64,000 bases of DNA from Hydrurus foetidus (GCA_900617105.1 UYFQ01000839.1:62001-126000); one strand, 5' to 3'; shown: positions 31,673 through 46,827, counted from the first letter of the stretch. Numbers and translations are program-made. Notes: a model not told the origin generated them from the sequence alone.

Positions 31673-32051
31673 CTAGTCTCTCTTCTGCTTGGGGGCGGTA
31701 GACCCGCCTCCCGTGTCTTCGCCAGCCTGCTCCTCCGGAGCTTTTGCCGACGCCTGCGCGGTCAGTTCTGTCGCCTTGCGGACGACGGAGAATATTGACG
31801 CCCCCATGCCGATCAGCAGACCGCCAACCATGCCCCAGGGCGCCGTGTGGGCGAACTGATCGAGAACCCAGCCAAAGCCGAGACCCACCAGGACGCCGCC
31901 GATCAAATCCGCCAGAAGCCGATAGCCGTCCTGGGACGATTTCTCGTGTCCGCGCGCACCGGCTGTTCTGCCGCCTCTTGGCCTCGAATGCGGCGAGCCG
32001 AGCGTCGAGGCTTTGCAGGGCCTTGTCGTTCGGTTCGTCGGCCTTGGGCAT
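31673..32051 (-). CDS. atpI: ATP synthase protein I (AtpI/AtpZ), frameshifted
   Basis: GGVLVGLGFGWVLDQFAHTAPW motif upstream of atpB. Confidence 0.8.
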
Positions 32052-32458
32052 GGGAGCGGTCAGGTCCGAAAACGCCCGCGGATACGCCTGTAAGAGACGT
32101 ATTTCCGGCCGGCTTGATCGCGGCGGAACCTATAGACCTCGCTGCGGTGCGTCAAGGTTGGCTTGGGGTGATGCAAGCATCTGTATAATAAGGTGTTTTA
32201 CGCTACGGCGCCCATCGGCGGGCAAATCCTTGCGGCGTCGCCTTCGTGTCCGGGGCGCAGGGCAAGAAAGCCGCGTGGCGAAGCCGCCTGTGAGGCCCGC
32301 CTGTGCGCAAGGCAAGCCTCCAACGTCCTGTATCGCCGCCGATCCGCGACATATCGGCCGCATCCAGTCGCCGGTTCTACGCGCGCGCGGGATGACGCAT
32401 TGCTTTTTGCATCATTTTGAGGTTTGAGAGCCGCGTCTTTCCCTTAGCCAGAAGATTC

Positions 32459-32838
32459 ATGTCGCATCTGAAGAACACCGGTTTCTCCGATCGTATCTCC
32501 GCCGCCGCCGAGGCCAAGAAGGCCATGCTGGCGAAAATGAAGCCCAAGCCCACCGTCACGGATCCTGATTTCGACAAGCGCGAAGAGTTTCGCGCCGCCG
32601 AACTGAAGCCGTAGCGGCGCGCGCCGCAGCCCGCGAAGTCGTCCGCCTTGAGCAGTTGGCCAAGCAGGAAGCGATCCTCGCGGCCAAGCGCGCCGAGCGC
32701 AAGGAACGCAAGACCGACGCCGCCGCCGAGCAGAAGATGCGCAAGGAAGAGAAGGCCGCCCAGCGCGAGCAGCTTCGCTCCCTGGGGCGCAACACCAAGA
32801 GCGCCCGCGCTCACGAGTGGGGCAATCTGATCGGTTGA
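32459..32838 (+). CDS. Charged coiled-coil protein (DUF6481-like), frameshifted
   Basis: FSDRISAAAEAKKAMLAK N-terminus, Lys/Glu/Ala-rich body. Confidence 0.6.
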
Positions 32839-32938
32839 TCAGACGGGAAGGGGCCAATGGCCCTTTCCGCTTCCTCCCGAGCCGCGACTCGACCGCATGG
32901 TCCAGGCTCTCAAGCCTGCCATGCGGGAGGGCCGGCCC

Positions 32939-33733
32939 ATGGACCTTGTCCAACCTGAACTGCTGGCGACGATGTTCGCCGTGGCCGCGCTGGCCGGAGC
33001 TGACGCCATAGCAGGCGGCGGAGGCCTTCTGACGCTGCCGGCGCTGCTGCTGGCGGGCCTTGATCCTGTCGCGGCGCTGGCCACCAACAAGCTGCAGGGC
33101 TCCTTTGGTTCGGTGTCGTCGACCATCGCTTTTGCGCGTCGCGGCCTGATTGACTGGAAGACCGCCCTGCCGATCGCCCTCGCCGCCGGCCTCGCGGGCC
33201 TGTGCGGCGCCCTGTGCGCCAGCCTGCTGTCACCGACCTTTCTCAAGGCCCTGGTGCCGATCCTGCTGATCGTCATCGCGCTGTACTTCGCGCTCTCCAA
33301 GGCCCTGAAGGCCGAGGACGGCCACGGCCGACTGACCCTGCCGGTGTTCGCCGGCTTCGTCGCGCCGCTGGTCGGCTTTTATGACGGCATCTTCGGGCCC
33401 GGCGCGGGGGCCTTCTACATGGTCGCGATCGTGACCCTGCTGGGCTATGGCGCGCTGAAGGCCACCGCCCACACCAAGCTGGCCAACGCCGCCAGCAATC
33501 TGGGCAGCCTGGTTCTGTTCATTCTCAAAGGCGCGGTGATCTGGCCGATCGGCCTGGCCATGGCCGCCGGGGCCTTCCTCGGCGCTCAGGTCGGCTCGCG
33601 GCTGGCCATGCGGTTCGGCGCCGGGCTGATCCGGCCGCTGCTGGTGACAATGTCATGCGCCATGGCGGTGAAGCTGCTGGCCGATCCGCAGAACCCGCTG
33701 CGGCAGGCGCTGTCGCAGCTGATCGGCGGCTGA
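32939..33733 (+). CDS. TSUP/TauE-SafE family permease (YfcA-like)
   Basis: DAIAGGGGL, ATNKLQ, GFYDGIFGPGAG. Confidence 0.9.
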   Translation: MDLVQPELLATMFAVAALAGADAIAGGGGLLTLPALLLAGLDPVAALATNKLQGSFGSVSSTIAFARRGLIDWKTALPIALAAGLAGLCGALCASLLSPTFLKALVPILLIVIALYFALSKALKAEDGHGRLTLPVFAGFVAPLVGFYDGIFGPGAGAFYMVAIVTLLGYGALKATAHTKLANAASNLGSLVLFILKGAVIWPIGLAMAAGAFLGAQVGSRLAMRFGAGLIRPLLVTMSCAMAVKLLADPQNPLRQALSQLIGG

Positions 33734-33737
33734 CGCT

Positions 33738-36700
33738 CTACTGCGCGGCGACCAGTTGCTCGGCCGTCGACAGGTCCACGCTGACCAGCTGGCTGACGCC
33801 CCGCTCGCCCATGGTGACGCCGAACAGGCGGTCCATCCGGCTCATGGTCACCGGATTGTGGGTGATGGCGATGAAGCGGGTCTGGGTGCGGCGGCGCATC
33901 TCGTCGAGCATGTTGCAGTAGCGGTCGACATTGGCGTCATCCAGCGGCGCGTCGACTTCGTCGAGCACGCAGATCGGGGCCGGATTGGCCAGGAACACGC
34001 CGAAGATCAGGGCGCTGGCCGTCAAAGCCTGCTCGCCGCCGCTCATCAGGCTCATGCTGGCCATGCGCTTGCCGGGCGGGCAGGCATAGATCTCAAGGCC
34101 CGCTTCGAGAGGGTCATCGTTCTCGACCAGCCGCAGCTCGGCCTGACCGCCGCCGAACAGGGCCTGGAAGAGGGTCTGGAAATGGCCGTTGATCACCTCG
34201 AAGGCCGCCAGCAGGCGCTCGCGCCCCTCGGCGTTCAGCTCTTCGATACCGGCCCGCAGCTTGGCGATGGCGCCGGTCAGGTCGGAGCGTTCGATCCGCA
34301 TGGTGTTGAGGCGTTCGCCGTACTCCTCGGCCTCGTCCTCGGCGCGCAGGTTGACGGCGCCCAGCTCGTCGGCTCGCTTTCAAGCCGAAGAAGGCTTCAC
34401 CGGCGGCGTCCGGCGGGCGGGCGATGGCGTCGTCGGCAGCTTGCGGCCCAGCTTCGGGCGACATCGGGCCGTTTCGCGGATGTCGGCGTCGAGCAGCGGC
34501 CGCGCGCGCCGTCCGGATGGGCGGCCAGAGCGGCGCGGCGCTTCCGGCGCAGCGGCGGCGGCCTGGTCGGCGGCGCGGCTGGTCCGGTCGGCGGTCGGCC
34601 GTGCGGTTTCGGCCTCCAGGGCGTCGCTGGCCCTGCGCGGCGGCCTCTGCGGCAGAACTCGTCCAGCAGGACCAGCGTCTTTCCTTCAGGACCGCCGGCG
34701 CCCGCGGGCGGCTTCCAGGGCGTCGGCGGCCTTGGCGTCGGCGTCCAGCGTGGCGGTGCGCTTGCCGGCCCGGCCCGACGCGCCCAGTCGCCGTGTTCGC
34801 GGTCCAGGCTTTCCAGACGCGCTGACGGCCGGCCCGTTCGCGGGCCTCGCATCCCGAGCGGCGCGGGCGGTCGAGGCGGCTTCCCGGCGGCGGCCGGTCT
34901 GCCGGGCCTGCGCGAGCGCGCGCCAGATCGGCGGCGCTCGTCGCGACGGTGCTCGGCCCGCACGGCGGTGAGTGCAGTCCGGCCTCGGCGTGTTCGGACC
35001 GGCGGGTCATGGTCTCGTCCAGGCCTGGGCCCGGGCGGCGCGCGCGCCTGACGCTCGCAGGGCGACGCGTCGCGGGCGCCGGCCAGCAGGCGCTCGGCGC
35101 GGGGGGTCCCCTGCGCCGGTCGCGCAGGGTTCTTCGGCGATGCGCAAGGCATCCGAAGCGGTCCTCAGGGCGGCGGCGGTGGCGTCGGCGCGCGGGCTTG
35201 CAGGTCGATCTCGGCTTCCAGTTCGGACAGGCGCGAGCGCTGGGCCAGCCGGATGGCGGCGGGCGGGGGCCTCGGCACGGGCGACGAAACCGTCCCACCG
35301 GAACAGGTCGCCCTCGCGCGTCACCAGTCGCGCGCCCGGCGGCAGGCTCTGCCAGCCGCTCGCCATCGGCGCGCTCGACCACGGCGGTCAGGGCCAGGCG
35401 GGCGGCCAGCTCGGGCGGCGCCTTGACCAGAGGAGCCAGCGGCCTGGCCCCGTCCGGCCAGGAGGGCGCGGCGCCTCGGCGCCGCCCCAAGGCGCGGCGC
35501 GCGCGATCCAGAGCGGCGTCCAGATCCTCGCCCAGCGCCGCCGCCAGCGCGGCGCTCATAGCCCCGGGCCGCCGAGACCCGTCCAGCGCGGGGGCGTGAT
35601 CCGGCGCGCTCGCGACCAGCAGTTGACGCCAGACCCCGGGCCTCGGCGCGCAGACGGCCTAGCTGGTCTTCCGGCTGCGCGCCAGCTGGCGGGCCATGGC
35701 CTCGCGCTCAGCGGCCCTGGCGCGCTCGGTTTCGGCGGTCTCCAGGGCGGTGCGGGCGCTGGTCAGGGCGGCCTGAGCATTGTCAAGGCGCTGACGGGCG
35801 TCGGCGGCGGCCGGATCGTTCTCCGGGCCAAGGGCTCCGCGTTCTGACCTGGCCTGGTCGAGGGCGCGGACCGTGCGGGCCAGGCGGCCCTCGGCGTCGC
35901 CGCGCGGCGGCGGCGCGGGCGCGGGCGTCTTCGGCGGCGGCGCGGGCGGCCAATTGCTCGACCATGGCCTCGGCGTCGGCGCGGGCCTCCTCGGCGGCCT
36001 TGGCGGCGGCGGCCAGTTCGGGGCCTCGCTCAGGCGCGGCGGTGACCAGGGCCCGGACCTCGACAGCTCGGCGTCGAGCCGGGCAAGAGCCTGGACCGCG
36101 TCCTGCTGGGTCTGCGCCTCGCGCGCCCTGTCGTCATCAATGCGGGCCAGATCGGCCGACAGGCGCTGGAACTCGGCGGCCGCAGCCTCGGCCTCGCGCT
36201 CGGCGCGGTCTTTCTGGATCGCCAGTTGGCCCAGCACGGCCTGGGCGATGGCGGCTTCCTCGCGCAGGGGCGGCATGGCGGCCTCGGCGCGGGTGATCTC
36301 GACCTGGGTGGCGGCCGAGGCGCGGGCGGTGTCCTCCACATCGCGGGCGGCCTGGGTGGCCTCGGTCTGGGTGCGATGCAGGGTGTCGCGGGCCTCGGCC
36401 CAGCGCGCGAACAGCACCGCGCCCTGCACGGCCCGGATCTCGGCTGACAGACGCTTGTACTTTTCGGCCTGGCGGGCTTCGCGACGCAGGCGGTTCAGCG
36501 CCGTCTCGAGTTCTCGGGCCACGTCCTCGAGGCGCGAGAGATTGGTCTCGGCGGCCCGCAGCCGCAGCTCGGCCTCGTGGCGCCGGGTATGCAGGCCCGA
36601 GACGCCGGCGGCTTCTTCCAGGATGCGGCGGCGGTTCTGCGGCTTGGCGCCGATCAGCTCGCTGATCTGGCCCTGGCGCACCAGGGCCGGCGAATTTGCC

Positions 36701-37110
36701 CCCGTCGAGGCGTCGGCGAACAGCAGTTGCACGTCGCGGGCCCGCACCTCGCGGCCGTTGATGCGATAGGTCGAGCCCTCGCCGCGATCGATGCGACGGA
36801 CAACTTCCAGGACCGGATCATCATTGAACTGGGCCGGCGCCGTTCGGTCGGCATTGTCGATGGTCAGGGTAACGTCGGCGTGGTTGCGGGCCGGACGCGC
36901 GCCGCTGCCGGCGAAGATCACGTCGTCCATGCCGCCGGCCCGCATGGCCTTGGCCGAATTGGCGCCCATCACCCAGCGCAGGGCTTCCAGCAGGTTGGAC
37001 TTGCCGCAGCCATTGGGCCCGACAATGCCGGTCAGGCCGGGCTCGATCCTGAACTCGGTCGGCTCGACGAAGGACTTGAAGCCCGTAAGGCGCAGGCGCA
37101 GGAACTGCAC
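33738..37110 (-). CDS. smc: Chromosome segregation protein SMC, many frameshifts in the coiled coil/hinge
   Basis: [24 protein letters not shown]-terminal [18 protein letters not shown]. Confidence 0.95.
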
Positions 37111-37129
37111 GGAGGCGGCTCCCTCCGCC

Positions 37130-37741
37130 TCAGCCCTTGGCCGACGAGGCCAGGGCGGCCTTGAGGCTGTCGGCGGTCAGTTCGCCGGGGACCTTGCGGC
37201 CGTCGAGGATGAAGGTGGGCGTCACCTGGACCTTGTCGCGGACGCCGGCGATCTCGACCCGTTCATTCAGCGCGGCCAGGGCCTGCTGATCCTGTAGAGC
37301 GGCGGTGAACTGGGCTTCGGTCAGGCCAAAGTCCTTGCCGATGGCCAGCAGGCCTTCCCAGAGCTCGCCGCTCTGAAGGATGACGGTCTGCCTGGCGAAC
37401 ACCGTGTCCAGCACGGCGAAATAGCGGGGCGCGCCCACGCGACGGGCCAGCAGGAAGGCGGCGGCGGCGAACTCCACCGGTCCGGTCAGGAACTCGCGAA
37501 ACACCAGCCGCACCTTGCCGGTGTCGATATAGGCCTTGCGGATGGCGGGCAGGTCGTCGTTCCACCAGTGGCCGCAATGGGGGCAGCTGGGTGAAGCAAA
37601 GACCACCAGCTGCAACGGCGCCTTCGGCGATCCCATGACCATGTCGCCCGGCGCGGCCGGCAGCGGCGCGGCGCGCGCCATCGCCGGCCCGGCCGCGAGG
37701 ACCAGGCTGGAGGCGATCAGCGCGCGACGGTCGAGAGGCAA
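37130..37741 (-). CDS. DsbA-family thioredoxin-fold protein
   Basis: GS..AP...[23 protein letters not shown] start inferred. Confidence 0.85.
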   Translation of the reverse strand: MPLDRRALIASSLVLAAGPAMARAAPLPAAPGDMVMGSPKAPLQLVVFASPSCPHCGHWWNDDLPAIRKAYIDTGKVRLVFREFLTGPVEFAAAAFLLARRVGAPRYFAVLDTVFARQTVILQSGELWEGLLAIGKDFGLTEAQFTAALQDQQALAALNERVEIAGVRDKVQVTPTFILDGRKVPGELTADSLKAALASSAKG

Positions 37742-37751
37742 GGCGGCGGCC

Positions 37752-38375
37752 TTACTTGGAAGCGGCGGCGATGGCCGCGTCCAGCTCGGCCAGGCTGCGC
37801 TCGCCGCCGGCGGCGTCGCCGACCACCTTGCCATTGACGATGAAGGTCGGGGTGCCCTGGACGTTGAAGGCCTTGGCGTTCTTCTCGACGCGATCGTTCA
37901 GGGCCTTCAGCGCCTTTTCGTCGGTGACGCAGGCGTTGAACTTGGCTTCGTCCAGGCCGGCCGACTGGCCGATGCGCAGCAGAACCTCGCGGAACTGGCC
38001 GGTGGTGAACATCTCTTCCTGGGCGCGGTAGACCGAGTCGACGACCTCGAAATACTTGTCCTTGCCGGCGCAGCGGGCCATCAGGAACGAGGCGGCGGCC
38101 ACCTGGGCGGGCGGGGTCAGCATCTCGCGATAGACGTAGTTGACCTTGCCGGTGTCGATATAGGCCTTGAAGGCCGGATAGACCTCTTCATTCCAGCGCG
38201 CGCAGTGGCTGCACGAGGCCGAGGCGTATTCGATCACCGTGATCTTGGCCTGAGCGTTGCCCTGGCTCATGTCGTCGGCCGAGACGGCGTCCTTCTTCGA
38301 GCAGGCCGAGAGGCCGGCGCCCAGCGAGGCGGCGAGTGCGACGGCGGTCAGGAGCCGGCGGGTCAGCGGACGCAT
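37752..38375 (-). CDS. DsbA-family lipoprotein
   Basis: LSAC lipobox, EYASASCSHC, GTPTFIVNG. Confidence 0.88.
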   Translation of the reverse strand: MRPLTRRLLTAVALAASLGAGLSACSKKDAVSADDMSQGNAQAKITVIEYASASCSHCARWNEEVYPAFKAYIDTGKVNYVYREMLTPPAQVAAASFLMARCAGKDKYFEVVDSVYRAQEEMFTTGQFREVLLRIGQSAGLDEAKFNACVTDEKALKALNDRVEKNAKAFNVQGTPTFIVNGKVVGDAAGGERSLAELDAAIAAASK

Positions 38376-38493
38376 GATCGATCTTCCTTGAGGCGAGAAC
38401 GTTGGAGTTAAGCGCGATTCTTTAGGCGTGCGAAAACGGCGCTGATAAGGCCTTGGCATGAGCGCAATCGCGGCGGGTTGTCAATCGCCGGCT

Positions 38494-39034
38494 TTAGCCA
38501 GGGTCATTGCGCAGCACCCCGCGCCCCAGCTTCATCAGCGTCCTTCAGGCCGCCGTCGGGTTGATCGGCTAGGCTGTCGGTCAGCTGGCGTTCCAGGGCG
38601 GCGTCCAGCGGCGGCTTGCGGCGCGAACGCTGGCAGGCTGCCGCCGGAGCGCTGAGCGGTCCCTGGACGATGCGCAGCCGGGTGACGGTTCCCCGGCCCA
38701 GCAGCATGTCGAGGCGGGCGGTGATCTGCGGGGCCTGATGCTGGATCAGCGAAGCGACGGGACCGTCGACCCGCAGTTCAAGCGCCCCGCCCGCGCCGTT
38801 ACGGCCCTTGATGATGCGGACCGGTTCGGTGCGCCGCGCCAGGGTCTCGCCGACGATTTCCTTCCAGCGGGTCTTCAGGGCGGCCGGCCCCTGACCGTAT
38901 TTTTCCTCCAGCGCCTTCAGCAGCGGCGCGAGGTTCTTGCCCGCCGGCGGCGGGGGGCGGATCTGCGGCCGGGTGCGGCGCTGGCGCAGGATCGCGAGGG
39001 CCTCTTCGGCGGTGGGCAGGGGGCGGCGGGCCAT
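38494..39034 (-). CDS. dciA: DUF721 protein, helicase loader DciA, frameshift near the 3' end
   Basis: W.EIVG.LA..T.P, L.V, QH...I..R pattern; divergent from mutY. Confidence 0.75.
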
Positions 39035-39077
39035 GGCGTTAGCGTAGCAGACGGCGCAAACGCCAGCCGCCAAAATC

Positions 39078-39189
39078 TGTCATCCCGGACAAGTCCGGCG
39101 ATAGCCGGGCGCAGATCCGGGAGCGCCGGAAGCGCGGCGTTGACGCGTCGCTCCCGGATCTGCGCGCTTTGCGCTTGTCCGGGATGACA
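39078..39189. repeat. GTCATCCCGG-type palindromic repeat (RIME/CIR-like)
   Basis: TGTCATCCCGGACAAG ... CTTGTCCGGGATGACA terminal inverted repeats, with an internal GCGCAGATCCGGGAGCG/CGCTCCCGGATCTGCGC stem. Confidence 0.8.
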
Positions 39190-39219
39190 AGTTTGGAGGG
39201 GCTCTGTCATAGGGGAGGG

Positions 39220-41425
<2,206 letters not shown>

Positions 41426-41528
41426 CGGCCCCTCGCGGGCGGTTTACTTCCCCAGCGGCGCCCAGCTGATCGTGTCGGCTCACAAGCCAGATCCGCGCCA
41501 GACGGACGGCGTGATCCGGGAGAACGCC

Positions 41529-42696
41529 ATGCAGAGTCCCCTCGAAGCGCTGGACCTCAGCCGCAAGAGCCCCTTCTACCAGGACCACCACGCCGCCTGG
41601 CGCGACACCCTGCGCCGCTGGGTGGCCAGGGAGATCATGCCCTTCGTCGACGACTGGGACGAGGCCGGCGAGTTTCCGCGCGAGCTTTATCGCAAGGCCT
41701 CGGAGATCGGCCTGCTGGGTCTGGGCTGGCCCGAGGAATTGGCGGCTCGCCGTCTGATCCGTTCATGTCGATCATCACCAGCCAGGAGATGGCCCGCCAC
41801 GGGGCCGGCGGGGTCAATGCCAGCCTGATGAGCCACGGCATCGGCCTGCCGCCGATCCGCGCCCTGGGCAGCGATGAGCTGAAGGCCCGGATCATTCCGC
41901 CGGTGCTGGCCGGCGAGAAGATCTCGGCCCTGGCCATCACCGAGCCCTCGGCCGGCTCCGACGTGGCCGCCCTGACCACCACGGCCCGGCGCGAGGGCGA
42001 CGTCTATGTGGTCAACGGCGGCAAGACCTACATCACGAGCGGCATGCGGGCCGATTTCTACACCGTGGCGGTGCGCACCGGCGGCGAGGGGGGGGGGCAT
42101 CTCGCTGCTGCTGATCGAACGCGATCGCGAGGGCTTTTCGCGCACGCCGCTGAAGAAGCAGGGCTGGTGGGCGTCCGACACCGCCAGCCTCTATTTCGAC
42201 GACGTGCGGAAAGCCGGTCGAGAACCTGATCGGCGCCGAGAACCAGGGCTTTTCGGGGATCATGCGCAACTTCAACGGCGAGCGGATCGGCATGACCGCC
42301 GGGGCCCTGGGCTTCTCGCGCGTCTGCCTGGAGGACGCGATTGTCTGGGCCCGCGAGCGCAAGACCTTCGGCAAGCGCCTGGCCGACCATCAGGTGATCC
42401 GCCACAAGCTGGCCGACATGTACAAGCGCATCAGCGTCACCCAGGCCTGGCTGGAGACCCTGGCCTGGCGGATCAGCCAGGGCGAGCAGCCGATCGCCGA
42501 GATCGCCCTGCTCAAGGTCCAGGCCACCGAGACGCTGGAATATTGCGCCCGCGAGGCCATGCAGGTGATGGGCGGGGCCGGCTATATGCGCGGCAGCCGC
42601 GTCGAGCGCATCTATCGCGAGGTGCGGGTCAACGCCATCGGCGGCGGCTCTGAGGAGATCATGCGCGACCTGGCCGCGCGGCAGATGGGGATCTAG
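41529..42696 (+). CDS. Acyl-CoA dehydrogenase, frameshifted
   Basis: [39 protein letters not shown]. Confidence 0.9.
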
Positions 42697-43337
42697 TCGC
42701 CGCGGCCCATGTCTTCCGCGTTTAGGGTCGAGGCCCTGGGCGGCCAGTTTCACCGGCGCCCAGCTCATCCTGTGGATCGGCGAGGGACCCAGTTTCCGCA
42801 GGCCCTCGACATGGCTGGCCGCGTGATAGCCCTTGTGGCCGGCGAAGCCGTAGCCCGGATAGAGGCTGTCCATCTCGACCATGATCCGGTCGCGGGCCTC
42901 CTTGGCCAGGATCGAGGCCGCAGCGATCGAGCACGACAGGCTGTCGCCCTTGATCACGGTCTGATCGGGCAGGGCAGGTCGAAGCGATAATTGCCGTCGA
43001 CCAGGGCGAAGGCCGGCGTCACCGCCAGCGCCTCGATGGCCCGGCGCATGGCCAGGCCCGCAGCGTGCAGGATATTGAGTTCGTCGATTTCCTCGATGCT
43101 GGCCAGGCCCACGCCCCAGGCGATGGCCGTCGCCTTGATCTCGATCTCCAGGGCCGCGCGGGCTTTTGCCGACAGTTTCTTGGAGTCGTTGAGCCCCTTG
43201 GGAATGCGGGCCGGGTCCAGGATCACAGCCCCGGCGCTGACGGGCCCAGCCCACGGGCCACGCCCGGCCTCGTCCACCCCGCAGACCGGGTTGTGACCGC
43301 AGGACGTTTCCAGGGACATGTCGGGACCAAGAGGCAT
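42693..43337 (-). CDS. rnhB: Ribonuclease HII, frameshifted
   Basis: [44 protein letters not shown]. Confidence 0.95.
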
Positions 43338-43422
43338 GGGGCGATGCATAGGCAGATTTGACGGGGTTGTGAATGCCGGCGCGGCGCCTAGTCTTGGCCG
43401 GGTTCCGTTGATGAGGTCGGTC

Positions 43423-44376
43423 ATGGCTGCGCGCAGATCTCTGGCCTTTGCCGCCCTCGCTGCGATGCTTCTGAGCGGCTCGCCGGGCGTCGCCGCCGAG
43501 ACGCCCTGGCGGCTGGTCTGGGCCGATGAGTTCGACGGCGTCGGCCTGGACCTGTCCAGATGGTCTCCCGCCGTTGACTGCGGGGGCGGCGGCAACAACG
43601 AGCGCCAGTGCTATACCGACGCGCCCGACATCGTGACGGTGAAGGACGGCGTCCTGCGACTGACAGCGCTCAAGCGCCCGACGACCGCCATCGCCAATCC
43701 GTGGGGACCGCCGGACGGACCGGTCAAGACCGGGGCCTATGCCTCGGGCAAGGTCGTGACCCAGGGCAAGTCCGCCTGGCGCTATGGCAGGATCGAGGCG
43801 CGGGCCCGGGTTCCCGGCGGCCAGGGCGTGTGGCCGGCCATCTGGATGATGCCGGAAACCAGCGTCTATGGCGGCTGGCCCAGATCGGGCGAAATCGACA
43901 TCCTGGAGACCATCAATCTGGGCGCGCCGTGCCAGGCCTGCGACGGCGGGCGCGAGAACCGGATCTTCGGCACGATCCATTTCGGCAAGGGGTCTGGCGC
44001 TGATCATCGCCAGCACAGCGGCCCGTTCCCGATGCCGCCCTCGGCCGACGGCTTTCATGTCTATGCGGTGGAGTGGTCGCCGGGCCAGATCGACTGGTTC
44101 GTGGACGGCGTCCGCTATTTCCGGGCCACGGCGGAGGACTGGAGGCCGGCTGACGGCGCGGCCGGTCCCGCCCCGTTCGACCAGCCCTTCTATCTGATCC
44201 TCAACCTCGCCTTCGGCGGCGTCTGGCCCGAGGGCGAGAACGCCAAGGGGGTGGACGAAGCGGCTCTGCCGGCGATGATGGAGGTGGACTGGGTGCGGGT
44301 CAGTCAGCGCGATCCCCGCCCTCTCAGACCGCCCGCACACCTCGCCCGCCTTCCAGAGCGGCGCGGTTCCCCATGA
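43423..44376 (+). CDS. Glycoside hydrolase family 16 (beta-1,3-glucanase/laminarinase-like), secreted
   Basis: Signal peptide, [22 protein letters not shown] catalytic motif, PFYLILNLA. Confidence 0.9.
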   Translation: MAARRSLAFAALAAMLLSGSPGVAAETPWRLVWADEFDGVGLDLSRWSPAVDCGGGGNNERQCYTDAPDIVTVKDGVLRLTALKRPTTAIANPWGPPDGPVKTGAYASGKVVTQGKSAWRYGRIEARARVPGGQGVWPAIWMMPETSVYGGWPRSGEIDILETINLGAPCQACDGGRENRIFGTIHFGKGSGADHRQHSGPFPMPPSADGFHVYAVEWSPGQIDWFVDGVRYFRATAEDWRPADGAAGPAPFDQPFYLILNLAFGGVWPEGENAKGVDEAALPAMMEVDWVRVSQRDPRPLRPPAHLARLPERRGSP

Positions 44377-44595
44377 GCGTCTTCCCGCCATTTCAGGGCG
44401 GGAACGACGGCCCTGCGGGTTGGGCCTGGCTCTCCCGGCGCCATTTCATCACCTGATGAAAAAAGGCTGGCGTTGCGTCGTTCTCTGAGTGACAGTGCGG
44501 CTATTCGCGGTTCGATGAATTCGCGAGTTCCGAGCACGTGTCCGCCACAAGGATCCGGTTCGGGTGGGCGGAACGTACAAGGGAGGGGAAACCCA

Positions 44596-46827
44596 ATGAC
44601 TTCGATGTGGAAGGCTGCGCTGCTGGCTGGCGCGGCATGGGGCGCGGTCGCGACGGCCGTTTCGGCTCAAGAACAGGCTCCGGCCGCAACTGCGGGCCTG
44701 TCGGTCGACGAGGTGGTTGTCACCGCCCGTCGCCGCGAGGAAAACCTCAAGGACGTTCCGGTCGCCGTCTCGGCCTATAGCGGCGAGACCCTGGCCCGTC
44801 AGGGCGGCGCGGACATCACCGTCCTGCAGCAGACGACCCCCAACATCACGGTTCAGACCGCTCGCGGCTCGAACTCGACCCTGATCTCCTACATCCGCGG
44901 CATCGGCCAGCAGGACCCGCTGTGGGGCTATGAGCCCGGCGTGGGCCTGTATGTCGACGACGTCTATATCTATCGCCCGCAAGGCGCCGTGCTCGACGTG
45001 TTCGACGTGGAGCGCATCGAAGTGCTGCGCGGCCCGCAGGGCACGCTGTACGGCCGCAACACCATCGGCGGCGCGATCAAGTACGTGACCAAGCGCCTGG
45101 GCAATGAGGCCCACGGCAAGGTGCGCGGAACCTATGGCAGCTTCAATCAGACCGACCTGCTGGTCTCGGCCAGACGCCGGTCGGCGGCGGCCTGTCGGTG
45201 GCGGCTATGCGCTCTACAAGCGCGACGGCTACGGCAAGAACCTGACCACGGGCGCCGAGCACTACAACAAGGACGTCCAGGCCATCCGCCTCAGCGCCGA
45301 ATATGCGCCCAGCGAGGACCTGTTCTTCCGCCTGGCCTATGACAGGGTGCAGGACGACTCCAATCCCCGTCACGGCCACCGCGAACTGCCGGCCCTGGTC
45401 GGCGGCTACAAGGTGCTGGACGTCTATGACACCCAGGCCGGTTTCGGCGACGATAACTCGGTCGAGACCGAGGGCCTGTCGCTGACCGGTGAATGGAACG
45501 CCAGCGACACCGTGACCCTCAAGTCGATCACGGCCAGCCGCAAGGGCCACACCGACACCGTCATCGATTTCGATGGCACCCCGCTCAACACCCTCGACAT
45601 CCCGGCCACCTATGACGACCGGTCGTTCTCGCAGGAACTGCAGGCGGTCTATTCGGACGACAACGTCCAGGGCGTGTTTGGCCTGTACTACATGAACAGC
45701 CAGGCCTCGGGCGAGTTCGACACCATCGCCGGCAACCTGGGTCTGGCCATCGCCGACGGCGGCAAGGTCAGCACCCAGAGCTTCGCAGCCTTCTTCGACT
45801 TCAGCGCCAATCTGACCGACAAGTTCAAGGTCCGGGCCGCGCCACGCGCGATCACAAGCGGAGCAACACCTTCCGCCTGTTCTATCTGGCGCCGCGGACG
45901 CCCTATCAGGGCGGAACGCCGCGTCCGGTCCTGCAGACCCGCACCAACTACAGCGCCCAGACCACCTTCTCGCAGTTCACCCCGCGCATCAGCGCCTCCT
46001 ATGAGCTGAGCGACGACCTGAACACCTACGCGTCGTTCTCGAAGGGCTTCAAGTCGGGCGGCTGGGACATGCGCGGCGACGCCCTGATCACCCCGCAGAC
46101 CGTCAATGGCTACAAGCCCGAAACGGTCGATGCCTATGAAGTCGGTCTGAAGGGCTATCTGTTCGACCGTCGCGTCTCGTTCGCCTCGGCCGCCTTCCTG
46201 TCGAAGTACCACGACCAGCAGGTGTCGACCCAGGTGGTTGTCCCGAGCGGCATCGCCAGCTCGATCGACAACGCCGGCGAGGCGACCATGTATGGCGTCG
46301 AATTCGAAGCCAAGGCCAAGCTGACCGCCAACCTTTCGGCCAATGTCGCGGTGGGCTACATCCACGCCGAGTACGACACCTTCAGCCGGTTCGTGCCAGG
46401 CGGCGCGCCCAACCCCCTCAATCCGGCGACGACCGTGCCGGCCGGTGGCCAGGTGATCAACGTCGCCAAGCTTTATGGCCTGCAGAACACGCCGGAATGG
46501 ACGGGCAATGTCAGCCTGACCTGGACGGCGGACGTGGCGGGCGGCCTGCTTGCCGTTACCCCCATGATCAGCTATCGCGGCGACTATCAGCAGTTCGAGC
46601 TGCCGCTGCCCTTGCTGGACCAGAAGGCTTACACCCTGGTCGACATGACAGCGATCTGGACGGCGCCGGGCGGCGGCTACAAGCTTGCCCTGACCGGCAA
46701 GAACCTGACGGACGAGCGTTATCGGATCGGCGGCTATAACTTCGGCGTCCCGACCTATAACAACTCGGTCATCGGTTTCTATGGCCCGCCGCGCACGGTC
46801 TCGGCGAGCCTCGAAGTCGCATTCTGA
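44596..46827 (+). CDS. TonB-dependent receptor, frameshifted
   Basis: EVVVTARRREE TonB box, DVERIEVLRGPQGTLYGRN, GFKSGG, terminal Phe. Confidence 0.92.

Noticed and set aside
33738..37110. smc, argS, sucA, ccrM, ispH and gcv genes as pseudogenes or programmed frameshifts
   Set aside because: Scattered 1-bp indels across many essential genes without evident slippery-site structure are better explained by sequencing error
37130..38375. Tandem DsbA genes next to smc as a novel system
   Set aside because: A familiar alphaproteobacterial gene arrangement
42058..44391. Long antisense or alternative-frame ORFs (e.g. 777 aa here, 61438-63369, 49983-51398)
   Set aside because: Shadows of real genes in a high-GC genome, or chimeras created by frameshifts
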